A stretch of 64,000 nucleotides of DNA from an uncultured Chloroflexia bacterium. GTDB lineage: Bacteria; Chloroflexota; UBA5177. The stretch covers positions 1,758,355 to 1,822,354 of the forward strand of contig CAVTRL010000001.1 in assembly GCA_963737125.1 (NCBI GenBank), read 5' to 3'. The notes beneath the pieces are model-generated. The model did not search any database and was not told the DNA's origin. It saw nothing but the letters and a program-made list of their open reading frames with translations. This document shows positions 1-10,453 of the stretch, in pieces. The stretch's first letter is position 1. Every line of letters starts with the position of its first letter. Position numbers and translations under genes: made by a program.

Positions 1-1168
1 ACATCACCGCGCTGGTCGCAGCGACATCGGCCGGAAGGTATTCGTGTAGCGAGCGATCCGCGGTGCGCACGTAAAATTCCAGGACTTGCTCGGCCACTCG
101 CGGCCAGGAATACTCCACGACGGAGTGTCTGGCTTCCACTCCCATGGACAGCCGCAATGCAGGGCTCTGTAAGACCGTGCAAAGCGCATCGGCCAGCGCG
201 CGTTCGTCGCGTGGGGGAACAAGGAGGCCCTGCCGGCCATCGGACACGACCTGGCGATAGCCTTCGATGTCGCTCGCGACCACGGGTAGGCCGGCGGCCA
301 TGCCTTCGAGAAGCACGATCCCGAAGCTTTCGCCCTGGGTGGCGGGGCTGCACAGGACATCGGCGCTTCGATAGTACCTGGGCAGATCGTCGTCGGACAC
401 CCGGCCGACCACGATGATATCTCTCATATCGTGACGCTCGAGGTAGTCGACGTAGCGCGAGTTTTGCCAGTCGCCCGCGCCCACGACGATGAAGCGCGCA
501 TCGGGGAACGCAGCCTTGACGAGCGGGTAGGCCCGGAGGAGATAGCCGACGCCTTTGCGCTTTTCCGGCCTGCCGACGAAGAGGATATTGGGTCGACCAT
601 CGGAGAACTGGGGCAGCGGCTCGACCGACCCGGGATCGAAACGATTGATTTCGACCCCGTTCGGAATAATTCTGTAGGGGGCCATAAAGTACTGGCGAAC
701 AAAGCGTTTAGCAGCGCGTGATACCGCGATGCGGCCGTCGAGACTTCGGAACGCTCGCCGCAGTACGGGGCGGCCGTAGAAATATCCGTAGTACGAGCCG
801 CGGTAGGCATGAAACGTCCCGATATTCACCGAGCGAGAGTATCGCAATACGGTGGGAGGGAGCGACGGCATGAGGGGCTCGTGCACGTGCACGATGTCGA
901 ACCGTTCGGATGCGAGGACTTCCCGAACTCGCCGGGACAGGCGAAACGACAGCGTTATGCGAGCGATCGATCCATTTGCCGGCACGCGACGGACGTTTCC
1001 GATTCGATATACATCACTTTCCTCTCGCTCGAGATTGCGATTGGAAGACGGAGCCATGATGCGCACGTCGTGTCCCAACGCGGTAAATTCTCGATAGAGA
1101 TGCTTGACATGGTTGGTAACGCCGCCGGGGTAGGGATAATCGTACGGAGAGACCAGCGCAATCTTCAC
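1..1168 (-). CDS. GT4 glycosyltransferase, PimA-like (phosphatidylinositol mannosyltransferase-like); 3' end runs off the window
   Basis: My own minus-strand translation from a GTG at 1168 gives VKIALVSPYDYPYPGGVTNHV... and the GT4 motif ...ESFGIVLLEGMAAGLPVVASD...; not in the ORF track because the stop lies beyond position 1. The track ORF 4..360 is a different frame and is rejected. Confidence 0.7.
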   Translation of the reverse strand, partial: MKIALVSPYDYPYPGGVTNHVKHLYREFTALGHDVRIMAPSSNRNLEREESDVYRIGNVRRVPANGSIARITLSFRLSRRVREVLASERFDIVHVHEPLMPSLPPTVLRYSRSVNIGTFHAYRGSYYGYFYGRPVLRRAFRSLDGRIAVSRAAKRFVRQYFMAPYRIIPNGVEINRFDPGSVEPLPQFSDGRPNILFVGRPEKRKGVGYLLRAYPLVKAAFPDARFIVVGAGDWQNSRYVDYLERHDMRDIIVVGRVSDDDLPRYYRSADVLCSPATQGESFGIVLLEGMAAGLPVVASDIEGYRQVVSDGRQGLLVPPRDERALADALCTVLQSPALRLSMGVEARHSVVEYSWPRVAEQVLEFYVRTADRSLHEYLPADVAATSAVM

Positions 1169-1270
1169 GCGTTGCACCGCCGTACCGTCGCTGGCACGGC
1201 GAAGTTGCCTGGAAGAGGCACACTCCCGAGCGACCCGTCGAAAATTTCCGAACGTGCTGATTCAGACACT

Positions 1271-2194
1271 TTAAACAGCCGCCTCTTTATGATGCCTCAT
1301 GGTAGCAGCACCATTCGCGCCGGCGTTTGCGCTCCATACGGGTGAAAATGCCAGCCACTGTTCGGGATAGCGGGCAATGATGCGTTCCATCTGCCGGGCG
1401 AGGACATCGAGGTTCGCAGTGTCGTCGGCGTCCACATCGCCGGTGCGCTGTACGGGGAGAGGTACGATGAGGCCGTCGAAGGCACCCGGACTCTTTCGTA
1501 TGCCAACGGCCAGGACCAAGGGAGAGCCGAGCCGCCTGGCCAGCGCAACCGGGCCAACCGGTAAAGCCGCGACGTGGCCAAAGAGCTCGACGGGTTCCGT
1601 TCGGCCGGAAATATGGCGGTCTCCCGCGACGCCCACGATCTCGCCGGCCTTGAGAGCACGGATCATCTCGCGCGGCGCCCGTTCGAGCGGCACGATGTTG
1701 ATGCCGTGGGCGGCGCGTTCCTTGACGAGGAACTCAAAGAGCTGAGGCGGGCTCATCCGCTCGACCGGGACGGTGAGCCGGTAGCCGCGGGATGCAAGCA
1801 CCTGGCCGACCAGGTCGTGGTTTCCCAGATGCAGTGTGATCATGATCAGACCGTGCCCGGCCGACATCGCCGCGTCAACCGCTGACCAATCGGGCACATG
1901 TACCATGCGTTCGATCTCATCAATAGACAATGAGCCGATGCGCAGAGTATCGACCCAGTTCATGGCGTCGTGTTGGAACGTCCTGCGGGCGAGTCGGCGG
2001 ACGCGTTTCGAACCGGCCGGCTCGGACAGCACAATCGACAGATTCGAGGTGACGCCCGCCCGGGCGCGCGGCACGACGAAGTATGCGGCCCAGCCCGCAA
2101 CACGGGCCATCCGGTAGACGAGCGGAGCCGGTACCATGGCGAGGGTGCGACTCGCCAGGCGGAGGGCGACGTACAGGGCAACGTTCGGGGACAC
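1271..2194 (-). CDS. HtrB/LpxL-family lipid acyltransferase (paralog 2)
   Basis: 307-aa track ORF; overall resemblance to lysophospholipid/lipid A acyltransferases; start overlaps the stop of the upstream paralog. Confidence 0.65.
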   Translation of the reverse strand: MSPNVALYVALRLASRTLAMVPAPLVYRMARVAGWAAYFVVPRARAGVTSNLSIVLSEPAGSKRVRRLARRTFQHDAMNWVDTLRIGSLSIDEIERMVHVPDWSAVDAAMSAGHGLIMITLHLGNHDLVGQVLASRGYRLTVPVERMSPPQLFEFLVKERAAHGINIVPLERAPREMIRALKAGEIVGVAGDRHISGRTEPVELFGHVAALPVGPVALARRLGSPLVLAVGIRKSPGAFDGLIVPLPVQRTGDVDADDTANLDVLARQMERIIARYPEQWLAFSPVWSANAGANGAATMRHHKEAAV

Positions 2195-3111
2195 TATGCT
2201 TTCAGGTCCCCGCTCGTCTTCAAGGATGCGGCACCGGTGCGGGCATGGTCACGTTCCGGCCACATGGGACGAAACATGTACCACTGGTCGGGCCTTTCCC
2301 GAACAACCGTTTGCAGAGTGTCCATGAGCTTCTGCATGATGCCGGCGACGTCGGCGTCCCGATTGCCGGACTCGGCGCAGGGCACCGGCGGAAACAAGCG
2401 GCACTCGAAGGTTTGATCGGGTTGCCGGAACATGTATACCGGAAGGAGTGTTGCTCCGGTTTTCAAGGCGAGTACTGCCGGTCCGCCGGGGACGGCCGTC
2501 TCCCGTCCAAAAAAGCGAACGGTTACGCCCTCATCAGGAGGGAGTGGCCGGTCAAAGAGCAGGGTGAGTGAGCCGCCGGTGCGGAGCGCTTTCAGCATGC
2601 CGCGCGCGTCGTTCACGCCAATCAGGTGGATCCCTTTCTGGAGACGCTTGCGCTGAATGAGTCTGTCCAGATAGGCGGGTCGGAAGGTATCGTAGACGGC
2701 GTGTACAGCCGTGAAGTCTTGCAGACGCAGGCCGCCGACCTCAATAGTGCCGAAGTGGGCGCTCGCGATGATGACGCCTTTGCCGCGGGCGACGGCGGCC
2801 AACAAGTGCTCGAGCCCGTGGATTTTCATCGACGCGATGATTTCATCCGACGAGGACATGTTGGGTAGGTCGAGGAACTCGATGAGGTACTTGCAGTAAT
2901 TGCGCATGGACTTGCGCGCGATAGTGCGCACGTGGCCGTCGGAAGCATCACCACCGAGAACCGCCCGGGTATTGGCGAGGAGTATCCTGCGCTTGGCCGG
3001 CCAGGAGAGATACACGCAGTCGCCCACGGCGGTACCAATCAGGTACCGCCATGAACGGGGTATGAATCTCGAAAGAAACGCACTGATCTGAATGACCAGG
3101 TACAGCGCCAT
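2194..3111 (-). CDS. HtrB/LpxL-family lipid acyltransferase (paralog 1)
   Basis: 305-aa track ORF with HtrB-like acyltransferase features (..IIASAHFGTIE.., C-terminal ..RERPDQWYMFRPMW..). Confidence 0.65.
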   Translation of the reverse strand: MALYLVIQISAFLSRFIPRSWRYLIGTAVGDCVYLSWPAKRRILLANTRAVLGGDASDGHVRTIARKSMRNYCKYLIEFLDLPNMSSSDEIIASMKIHGLEHLLAAVARGKGVIIASAHFGTIEVGGLRLQDFTAVHAVYDTFRPAYLDRLIQRKRLQKGIHLIGVNDARGMLKALRTGGSLTLLFDRPLPPDEGVTVRFFGRETAVPGGPAVLALKTGATLLPVYMFRQPDQTFECRLFPPVPCAESGNRDADVAGIMQKLMDTLQTVVRERPDQWYMFRPMWPERDHARTGAASLKTSGDLKA

Positions 3112-3120
3112 GAACGTGTA

Positions 3121-4230
3121 CTAGGAGCTTGCCGTCACGGGGCTGTGCTCTTCAACCAGAGCCGTGGCGCGAATAAACGCTTCCGTCATCTCGCGAGCGA
3201 GCTCGTCCTTATGCTGGACAGGCGGTGATTTCATAAAGTACCCGGACGGCCCCTCGAGGGCGCCGGATATGTTGTGGTCAAGCGCCAGCTTGTTGCAGCG
3301 TATCGCGTCGATGACGACACCGGCGGAATTTGGAGAATCCCAGACTTCGAGCTTCATCTCGACGTTCAACGGAACGTCTCCGAAGGATCGGCCTTCCATC
3401 CGAATGTACGCCCACTTTCGGTCACTGAGCCATTCCACGTAGTCACTTGGTCCAATGTGCACATTGCCCTTGCCGACGTCGTAGTCGAGCTGCGAAGTGA
3501 CGGCGTTTGTTTTGGATATCTTCTTTGACTCGAGGCGGTCGCGCTCCAGCATGTTGAGGAAGTCGGTGTTGCCGCCGACGTTGAGCTGGCTGGTGCGTTC
3601 GACCTTGACTCCACGATCCTTGAAAAGGGTGGTCAAGGCGCGGTGAACGATGGTAGCGCCCACCTGAGATTTGATGTCGTCGCCAATGATCGGCAGTCCT
3701 GCCTGCTCGAAGCGACGGCGCCAGTATTCCTCGCGGGCGATGAAGACCGGGATGCAGTTTACGAATCCACATCCGGCCCGCAGCACCTGCTCGACATACC
3801 ACTTCGTCGCTTCCTCACTGCCGACGGGCAAGTAGCTGACGACTACATCGGTCTTGGTGTCCTTGAGGATTTGAACGACATCGGCGGTCGGACCGGGTGC
3901 TTTGGTGATGATCTCCGAAAGGTACTTGCCCAATCCGTCGTGGGTCATCCCGCGCTCAACCTTGACTCCGAGGCGCGGCACGTCAGAGAACTTGTAGGTG
4001 TTGTTGTGCCCTGAAAAAACCGCTTCCGAGAGGTCTTTGCCAACCTTTTCAGCGTCAATGTCGAAGGCGCAGCTGAACTCGATGTCCCGAATGTGATAGC
4101 CGCCCAAATTGACGTGCATGAGCCCTGGAACGAAATCGTCGTCCTTGGCGTCCTTGTAGTACTGCACGCCCTGCACAAGGGATGAGGCGCAATTTCCTAC
4201 CCCGATAATTCCAACTCGAACCTTCGACAC
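3121..4230 (-). CDS. ino1: myo-inositol-1-phosphate synthase
   Basis: 369 aa; N-terminal NAD-binding [21 protein letters not shown] and overall similarity to bacterial/archaeal MIPS. Confidence 0.85.
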   Translation of the reverse strand: MSKVRVGIIGVGNCASSLVQGVQYYKDAKDDDFVPGLMHVNLGGYHIRDIEFSCAFDIDAEKVGKDLSEAVFSGHNNTYKFSDVPRLGVKVERGMTHDGLGKYLSEIITKAPGPTADVVQILKDTKTDVVVSYLPVGSEEATKWYVEQVLRAGCGFVNCIPVFIAREEYWRRRFEQAGLPIIGDDIKSQVGATIVHRALTTLFKDRGVKVERTSQLNVGGNTDFLNMLERDRLESKKISKTNAVTSQLDYDVGKGNVHIGPSDYVEWLSDRKWAYIRMEGRSFGDVPLNVEMKLEVWDSPNSAGVVIDAIRCNKLALDHNISGALEGPSGYFMKSPPVQHKDELAREMTEAFIRATALVEEHSPVTASS

Positions 4231-4246
4231 GCTGCTTCTCCTTTGG

Positions 4247-4609
4247 CTACTGCTTGGTGGGTAAGGGGCTGGTGACGGTATTTGACGGGCTGTCGGCTTG
4301 ACTCGAGGCTTCCGAGTCTCGCTCTAGATTTGTCAACTGGAACATGGTTTCGATCTGCTGTTGGTAGGCCCGCAACTGCGGTCGATTCAGCGAACACAGG
4401 ACCTGCCGGCCGGTGCGAAGCGTGCTTACCACGCCGATTCGCCGCAGCACGCGGAGATGCCACGACATAAGCGGCTGACTTAGCCTGAACTCCACACTCA
4501 ACTGCGACACGGGCACGTGTTCGTGCAGCGCCAGATACTCAAGGATGGACAAGCGCTTACGATCGCTCAGGGCACGAAAGTACATTACGGGGTCGGCCAC
4601 GCCAGGCAC
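4247..4609 (-). CDS. ArsR/SmtB-family transcriptional regulator
   Basis: 120 aa with HTH core ..[42 protein letters not shown]..; true start may be the internal Met at about 4585. Confidence 0.65.
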   Translation of the reverse strand: MPGVADPVMYFRALSDRKRLSILEYLALHEHVPVSQLSVEFRLSQPLMSWHLRVLRRIGVVSTLRTGRQVLCSLNRPQLRAYQQQIETMFQLTNLERDSEASSQADSPSNTVTSPLPTKQ

Positions 4610-4690
4610 CTACATATAAGTGTGTATTTCATAAACTTTCATTTGTATGTTAATGCGCGGTGAAGATGGATGTCAACCCGGTCGAGTGTG
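4610..4690. promoter_or_regulatory. AT-rich putative promoter/operator region upstream of the ArsR-led operon
   Basis: Locally AT-rich stretch (tacatataagtgtgtatttcataaactttcatttgtatgt) with weak dyad symmetry in an otherwise high-GC window, directly 5' of the arsR-like gene. Confidence 0.3.
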
Positions 4691-4693
4691 TGG

Positions 4694-6430
4694 CTAACTC
4701 GCCGCAGCGCCGGCCGATGCACCCGATTGGACGTCGGGTCGGAGTCCGAAGACGCGCCCACCAAGCTGGTACTGGCCGGAAAAATAGGCGTGGAGCTCGG
4801 TAGGGTCGATCACGTCCGCGAATGCTTCATGCAGTCCGGAGGGCGCGATCATAAAGGGGAACATCTGCGCCCCACCGAGGCCTCCGTGCGCGCCGCCGTG
4901 GTCCTCGAAGTTGACGACAGTCGCGCCGTCGTACGCGCCAAACACCATGAGGTCGCCCGCGCACGGCATGGCGGCGAGATTTACGAGCTGACGACGCACG
5001 ATTTCGGGATCGTCGTAGAGCCGCAGGAATTCGAGGTCTTCCGGGGCCGCCGACTGGAGCTCGATGCGGCGCTCGCGGTGGAGGAGCACGGTGCCATCCT
5101 CGTTCTGCACCAGGACGATGCCGATTCCGGGATGCCGCACGAGGGCATCGAGCAAACCGGGAGCAATCGCTTCGACGGCATCCAGCCCGGGACGGGTTTT
5201 CTCGTGCGTGAAGTAGACGTTGGCCAGAGCGCTGGAGTAGATAGCCAGTACCGGACTGTGGCTCTGCTCGGCCAGTCCGGCCTGGAGCGGGCCGGTACCG
5301 ATGCGCATTGCCAGCCGCATCGCTCGATCCACGAAAAAGCTCGTGGCGGAACTGGTTTTTGGCCCGATCTCGGCAGACAACTCTTCCAACTGCTGCAGAG
5401 TTGCCAGGTCTCGATAACCGCGGCCATCGAGCTCATCGGCACGCGGCGGCTGAACGCCGTGCGAGGCGATGAACTGACCGAGGGTCTGGCCGTAGAGGTG
5501 CCGAAATGGCAGGGACTGCGTCATGCCGTGGTCGCTCATGATGTAGAGGTCGTAGGGGCGCAACCCGAGCGCGCTGATCGCTCGGTGAATATCCCGGATC
5601 TGACGATCGAGGGCGCGAAGCGATCGATAGGCCGCGGTGCTGCGCGGACCCAGATGATGGGCGACTTCGTCGTATCCGATGTAATTCGCGTAGATGGCAG
5701 GCACGCCTCGAAATATGTCCAGGCGAACGCCGAGGGTGGTGAGCTCGCGAAACAGTACGTGGGTGAAGGCCCGGGTCAAAGGGAAGATGCCCTCAGGCGC
5801 GACATAGCGGCGCCGCAAGCGGTACAGCGCCTGTTCGTAAATCTCTATGAACACTTCCGCGACGGTGAGAAAGGCAGCTCGGGCCAGGCGCCAGGGATTG
5901 AGTACGAGTAGCAAGAACACGTCGATCCCAGTGAGCTTGGGTGGGAACGAGGTGCGCCCAAGGGCGCTCGTGGTAAAAACTGCACGCTGCGCGCCGCCGG
6001 AGGCCATGCCCATATACACGCTGCCGTGGCGAAAGAGACCCGCGCTGCCGTTCGCGTTCTCGGTTTCCACCGCGGCCATATCGAGGGGCCAGCTGCAGAT
6101 GACGGGCCTCTGTTTCCGCCGGTCAAACCAATAAAAACCGGGCACATTGGTCTTTTTGCCGTAAAATACGGCGCACTGAATTGCCGCGGTATCACTTGGA
6201 GCGCCACTCCTCCACTGCGATACGGCGTGTGTCGAGCCGATCAAGCGCTTCAGAAAGGGTAGATGCCCGTCAGCCATGGCACGGCCCAAATCCTCATGCG
6301 AGAGGGCGTCGATCTGCAGAATGATGAATCCCCGGCGCCGGCCCTCGATCTGGCTGTAGGGTAATTGAAGGCGTCGCAGGGTCGCCGTTGCTTTCAAAGC
6401 AGCCAGAGTTCCACGAAGGGAAACGCGCAA
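4694..6430 (-). CDS. alkaline-phosphatase-superfamily protein (type I phosphodiesterase / nucleotide pyrophosphatase-like)
   Basis: 578-aa ORF; N-terminal ..FIILQIDALSHEDLGRA.. metal-site-like region; family-level assignment only. Confidence 0.5.
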   Translation of the reverse strand: MRVSLRGTLAALKATATLRRLQLPYSQIEGRRRGFIILQIDALSHEDLGRAMADGHLPFLKRLIGSTHAVSQWRSGAPSDTAAIQCAVFYGKKTNVPGFYWFDRRKQRPVICSWPLDMAAVETENANGSAGLFRHGSVYMGMASGGAQRAVFTTSALGRTSFPPKLTGIDVFLLLVLNPWRLARAAFLTVAEVFIEIYEQALYRLRRRYVAPEGIFPLTRAFTHVLFRELTTLGVRLDIFRGVPAIYANYIGYDEVAHHLGPRSTAAYRSLRALDRQIRDIHRAISALGLRPYDLYIMSDHGMTQSLPFRHLYGQTLGQFIASHGVQPPRADELDGRGYRDLATLQQLEELSAEIGPKTSSATSFFVDRAMRLAMRIGTGPLQAGLAEQSHSPVLAIYSSALANVYFTHEKTRPGLDAVEAIAPGLLDALVRHPGIGIVLVQNEDGTVLLHRERRIELQSAAPEDLEFLRLYDDPEIVRRQLVNLAAMPCAGDLMVFGAYDGATVVNFEDHGGAHGGLGGAQMFPFMIAPSGLHEAFADVIDPTELHAYFSGQYQLGGRVFGLRPDVQSGASAGAAAS

Positions 6431-6530
6431 GGATGAACTCCTCTAGTACGAACGAAGGGAAAGCCGCTCGATTCTATAGACCTGGGCGGGGCGCGACCAA
6501 GGCGGGAAAACGAACGTACAGGATTACAGC

Positions 6531-7052
6531 ATGACCGATGACGAAGGGTTCTCCGGGCTCTCGCACGTGGGCGCCGACGGCAAGGCGCACATGGTCGACG
6601 TGGCGGCGAAACCGAGCAGCACACGAATCGCCGAGGCCGAGGGATATGTTTGCATGCTGCCGGCGACGCTCGACCGCGTGCGAAGCAACAGCGCCGAGAA
6701 GGGTGATGTACTGGGAGTGGCGCGTATTGCCGGAATCCTGGCCGCGAAGAAGACCTCGGAGCTCATCCCGCTCTGTCACGGACTGGCGCTGGACCATGTG
6801 GGGGTGGAATTCGAGCTCGACGAGCCGGGGTCACGGGTGCGGGTGAGCGCGAGGGCGATCACCCGAGGGCCGACGGGTGTGGAAATGGAAGCTCTGACCG
6901 CCGTGGCGGTGGCCTCCCTGACGGTGTACGACATGTTGAAGGCGGTCGATCGCGGCATGACGATTGACGGTGTACGACTGACTCTCAAGTCGGGCGGACG
7001 GTCAGGGACGTACCACGCAGGTGAAGCGGCTACGCCAGATCGTACTCTCTGA
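6531..7052 (+). CDS. moaC: cyclic pyranopterin monophosphate synthase accessory protein MoaC
   Basis: 173 aa; ..[22 protein letters not shown].. and ..[16 protein letters not shown].. are MoaC hallmarks. Confidence 0.85.
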   Translation: MTDDEGFSGLSHVGADGKAHMVDVAAKPSSTRIAEAEGYVCMLPATLDRVRSNSAEKGDVLGVARIAGILAAKKTSELIPLCHGLALDHVGVEFELDEPGSRVRVSARAITRGPTGVEMEALTAVAVASLTVYDMLKAVDRGMTIDGVRLTLKSGGRSGTYHAGEAATPDRTL

Positions 7053-8409
7053 TCTTGGCCTGCAACATCGTGCGCTGGATGCCGAGCTGTTTCGCGGCCT
7101 GGCCACGGTTGCCATCCGCCTGGTCCAGAGCGGCTTCGATCGCTTGACGCTCGACCTCGGCCACTATCTCTTTGAGTTTGACGCCGGCGGCAACCTTGTC
7201 TTGCACGCCGTCCGATGAAAGGTTGCCGTTTTTACCCGGGGCACCGGTGAACACGACGTGCTGGGGCGTGATGACCGACTCCCTGGCGAGGATTATGGCC
7301 CGATGGGTGGAGTTCTCCAGTTCCCGTACGTTGCCCGGCCAGTTGTAGGTCATGAGTTTGTCGAGTGCTTCCTCGGAAATGCGAGGGTTGTTGTTCGGGG
7401 CGTCATTCCGGTATTTCTGCAGGAAATGCTCGACCAGCAGCGGTACGTCGTCCATTCGATCGCGGAGCGGCGGGAGCTCGAGCGCGATCACGTTGAGACG
7501 GTAGTACAAATCCTCGCGAAAGCGACCTTCCGACACTTCCTTGGCAAGATTCCGGTTGGTGGCGGCGACGACACGGGTGTTTACCTTGATCGGCGTATTG
7601 CTTCCGACGCGCTCGAATTCGCGTTCCTGTAGAACGCGAAGTAACTTCTTCTGGGTGTTGAGCGACATTTCGCCAATTTCGTCGAGAAAAATCGTGCCAC
7701 CGTCGGCCATCTCGAAGCGACCCTTCCGGGTCTTCACGGCGCTGGTGAAACTGCCGGCCTCGTGACCGAAAAGCTCGCTCTCAAGTAGAGTCTCGGTCAG
7801 TGACGCGCACGGCACTTTGACGTAGGGTCCATTGCGCCGGTTGGAATTGAAGTGTAGAGCCCCCGCCACGAGCTCCTTTCCGGTGCCACTCTCGCCCGTT
7901 ATCAAGATGGTGGCCTCGGTGCGGGCCACCTGCCCGATGGTTTTGTAGACCTGCTGCATGGGCATTGTGTTGCCGATGATGTTGTCCAGGGGGTCGCGAA
8001 TGGTTTCATCGACGGCGCGGACCCGCCGAGCGAGATTGCGGTGGTCGAGGGTTCGGCGGACGGTGATAAGCAAGTCATCCAATTCGAATGGTTTGGTGAC
8101 GTAGTCGTAGGCGCCGCGCTGAATGGCCTCGATGGCGACGTTCGATGTGCCGTAGGCGGTCATCGTGAGGACCGGTACATCGTCGATATGCATTTTTTTC
8201 ATCTGGTCCAGCACATCAAGACCGCTCATACCCGGCATCCGGACGTCCATAATAAGGACATCGGGCCGGTGCTTGGTGAGGGCCGGAATGACGTCACGAC
8301 CGGACTTGGCCTCAATGGTATTGAAACCTTCGCTTTCCAGGAAGCTTTGAAGCAGGCCCCGGATCGATTGATCGTCGTCCGCGACAAGAATTAACGCCTT
8401 TTCGTCCAT
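7030..8409 (-). CDS. sigma-54-dependent Fis-family response regulator (NtrC-like)
   Basis: Receiver domain ([20 protein letters not shown]..), AAA+ sigma-54 activator core (..[19 protein letters not shown].., ..GAFTGA-like region), C-terminal Fis HTH. Track ORF extends to 8553; start at MDEK (8409) preferred. Confidence 0.8.
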   Translation of the reverse strand: MDEKALILVADDDQSIRGLLQSFLESEGFNTIEAKSGRDVIPALTKHRPDVLIMDVRMPGMSGLDVLDQMKKMHIDDVPVLTMTAYGTSNVAIEAIQRGAYDYVTKPFELDDLLITVRRTLDHRNLARRVRAVDETIRDPLDNIIGNTMPMQQVYKTIGQVARTEATILITGESGTGKELVAGALHFNSNRRNGPYVKVPCASLTETLLESELFGHEAGSFTSAVKTRKGRFEMADGGTIFLDEIGEMSLNTQKKLLRVLQEREFERVGSNTPIKVNTRVVAATNRNLAKEVSEGRFREDLYYRLNVIALELPPLRDRMDDVPLLVEHFLQKYRNDAPNNNPRISEEALDKLMTYNWPGNVRELENSTHRAIILARESVITPQHVVFTGAPGKNGNLSSDGVQDKVAAGVKLKEIVAEVERQAIEAALDQADGNRGQAAKQLGIQRTMLQAKIREYDLA

Positions 8410-8578
8410 TGACCCCTCGCACCCCCGCACACACCGCGCTGTTGCCGACGTCCGCCGCCAACCAACCGATTGTACAGTGCAAAGGGGCCGTTCGGGACGT
8501 CCGGCGGAGCCGGCGGGCAAGCGATCGACGGCCCGCACGTGTACTGGAGGCAACGATCAGGTCGAAGGCGCGTAAAGA

Positions 8579-10453
8579 ATGAAAGTGATCGGAACGGCGG
8601 GCCACATAGACCACGGCAAGTCCACGCTCGTTCGACGGCTCACGGGGATCGATCCGGATCGGCTGGACGAGGAGAAGCGGCGCGGCATGACGATCGACCT
8701 TGGCTTCGCTTGGCTCACGCTGCCGTCCGGGGTGGAGGCGAGCATCGTGGACGTCCCGGGACACGAGCGATTCGTGAAAACCATGGTGGCGGGCGCGGGT
8801 GGAGTGGATGTCGCACTGCTGGTGGTGGCGGCCGACGAGGGGATCATGCCGCAAACCAGGGAGCATCTGGACATTCTCGATGTACTGGGCGTCCGATATG
8901 GGGTAGTGGCGCTGACGAAGTGCGATCTGGTGGACGAGGAGTGGCGCGAGCTGGTGGCCGAAGAGGTACGCGAGGAACTTGTGGGCTCCTCACTGGAGGG
9001 CAGCTCCGTGGTTCCGGTGAGCGCCCAGTCGGGGGAAGGTCTGGACCGCTTGCTGCAGGCACTTGATTCCGCGCTCGCGGCGAGCCCGGCGCCGCGCGAT
9101 CGTGGACGACCGTACCTGCCTATTGACCGCGCGTTTTCAGTCGCGGGCTTCGGCACGGTGGCAACCGGTACGTTGCACGACGGCACGGTAACCGAAGGCA
9201 TGGAACTGACGCTGCTGCCGGCGGGCCGGCGGGTGAAAGTGAGGGGCCTGCAAACGCATCGCAAGCAGGTGGATGAGGCGACCGCGGGCGCGCGCGTGGC
9301 CGTCAATCTTTACGGGCTCAACGCGTCGGACCTGCAGCGAGGAGATGTGCTGGCGGCACCCGGCGCAGTCGCGGTCACGCAGCGAGCGGACGTATGGCTG
9401 AGGGTCGCTCGGTCGGCGCCGCACGCTTTGCGTCACGGAATGACCGTGATGGCCCACGTCGGCGCGGCGGAAGGCGCGACAACGCTCGCCCTCTTCGAGC
9501 GAGCCGAACTGCCGCCCGGGGAATCGGGCTGGGGACAACTCCGGTTTGAGACTCCACAGGCAATAACCCGTGATGAGCCATTCGTACTCCGACTACCGGC
9601 CCCGGCGCGCACGGTGGGCGGGGGCATTATCACCGACACGGCGCCACGTCACCGCAGATCCGACAGGTCGGCACTGAAGCGGTTGAGTGACCTCATGTCG
9701 CCGAACCAGCACGACCGCGTGCGAGCGGCGGTGACTGCCGCGTCACCACTTTCCATCGAGTCGATCGAGTTGAGGGCCGGCCTGACCCGGGCCGAGACGT
9801 CCTCGGCACTGCAGGAGCTGACGACGGATGGAAGTGTGGTCAGGGTGGGCCAGCGATACCTCTCGAAGGAAGGGTGGGACCGGCTGGAGCGTGAGGTGGA
9901 AGAGGCTCTGAGCGGGTACCACGCGCGGCATCCACTGGCGCTAGGCATGGCGCGTGAGGAGCTCAGAACGAGGGTTGGCTGGAGATTCGCCGGCTGGGCG
10001 GACGTGTTGGAGTGCCTGGCGGACCGGGGGATTGTGCGGGTGAGCGGCGCGCGTGTCGCGGCCAGTGGCCACGGCGGCGGTACCGGTAGCCGCCGCGCCG
10101 AGGCGGACGCCGTCAAGGAGCTGCTGACTGCAACGCCGTACGCGCCGCCCGGTGCGACGGTCTTGATGGCGGAAACGGGGGCGGACGCGGCGTTGTTGCA
10201 GGCGATGGTCGAGGAAGGCGAAATCGTGCGAGTGGACACGGGGCTGTATTTCGAGCGTGCGGCGCTCGACACTGTGAAAAGAACAGCCGTCGAGGCGATA
10301 CGTGCCGAGGGCTCGCTGACGGTGTCTACGCTGCGCGACAGACTGGGCACGTCGCGCAAGTACGCGCTCTCGCTCCTGGAGTTTCTCGATAGCGAACGAG
10401 TGACACGCCGGATCGGAGACGAGCGCGTGCTCGGTGTGCAGGCGGCGGAATGA
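8579..10453 (+). CDS. selB: selenocysteine-specific translation elongation factor SelB
   Basis: 624 aa; N-terminal GTPase [18 protein letters not shown] plus long C-terminal winged-helix-type extension typical of SelB rather than EF-Tu. Confidence 0.8.
   Translation: MKVIGTAGHIDHGKSTLVRRLTGIDPDRLDEEKRRGMTIDLGFAWLTLPSGVEASIVDVPGHERFVKTMVAGAGGVDVALLVVAADEGIMPQTREHLDILDVLGVRYGVVALTKCDLVDEEWRELVAEEVREELVGSSLEGSSVVPVSAQSGEGLDRLLQALDSALAASPAPRDRGRPYLPIDRAFSVAGFGTVATGTLHDGTVTEGMELTLLPAGRRVKVRGLQTHRKQVDEATAGARVAVNLYGLNASDLQRGDVLAAPGAVAVTQRADVWLRVARSAPHALRHGMTVMAHVGAAEGATTLALFERAELPPGESGWGQLRFETPQAITRDEPFVLRLPAPARTVGGGIITDTAPRHRRSDRSALKRLSDLMSPNQHDRVRAAVTAASPLSIESIELRAGLTRAETSSALQELTTDGSVVRVGQRYLSKEGWDRLEREVEEALSGYHARHPLALGMAREELRTRVGWRFAGWADVLECLADRGIVRVSGARVAASGHGGGTGSRRAEADAVKELLTATPYAPPGATVLMAETGADAALLQAMVEEGEIVRVDTGLYFERAALDTVKRTAVEAIRAEGSLTVSTLRDRLGTSRKYALSLLEFLDSERVTRRIGDERVLGVQAAE

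Noticed and set aside
4-360. Track ORF (118 aa, minus strand) at the window start
   Set aside because: Low-complexity Arg/Pro/Ala-rich translation; a different minus-strand frame over the same DNA encodes a convincing GT4 glycosyltransferase, so this is treated as an overlapping-frame artefact of high GC.
6820-6840. 'gggtcac'-containing sequence inside moaC resembling the element's terminal repeat
   Set aside because: Only a 7-nt match within a coding region; regarded as coincidence.
8410-8578. Possible tRNA-Sec (selC) near selB
   Set aside because: No tRNA-like T-arm or acceptor pattern was seen in the selB flanks; no long-variable-arm tRNA with UCA anticodon was noticed anywhere in the window, though I could not scan exhaustively.
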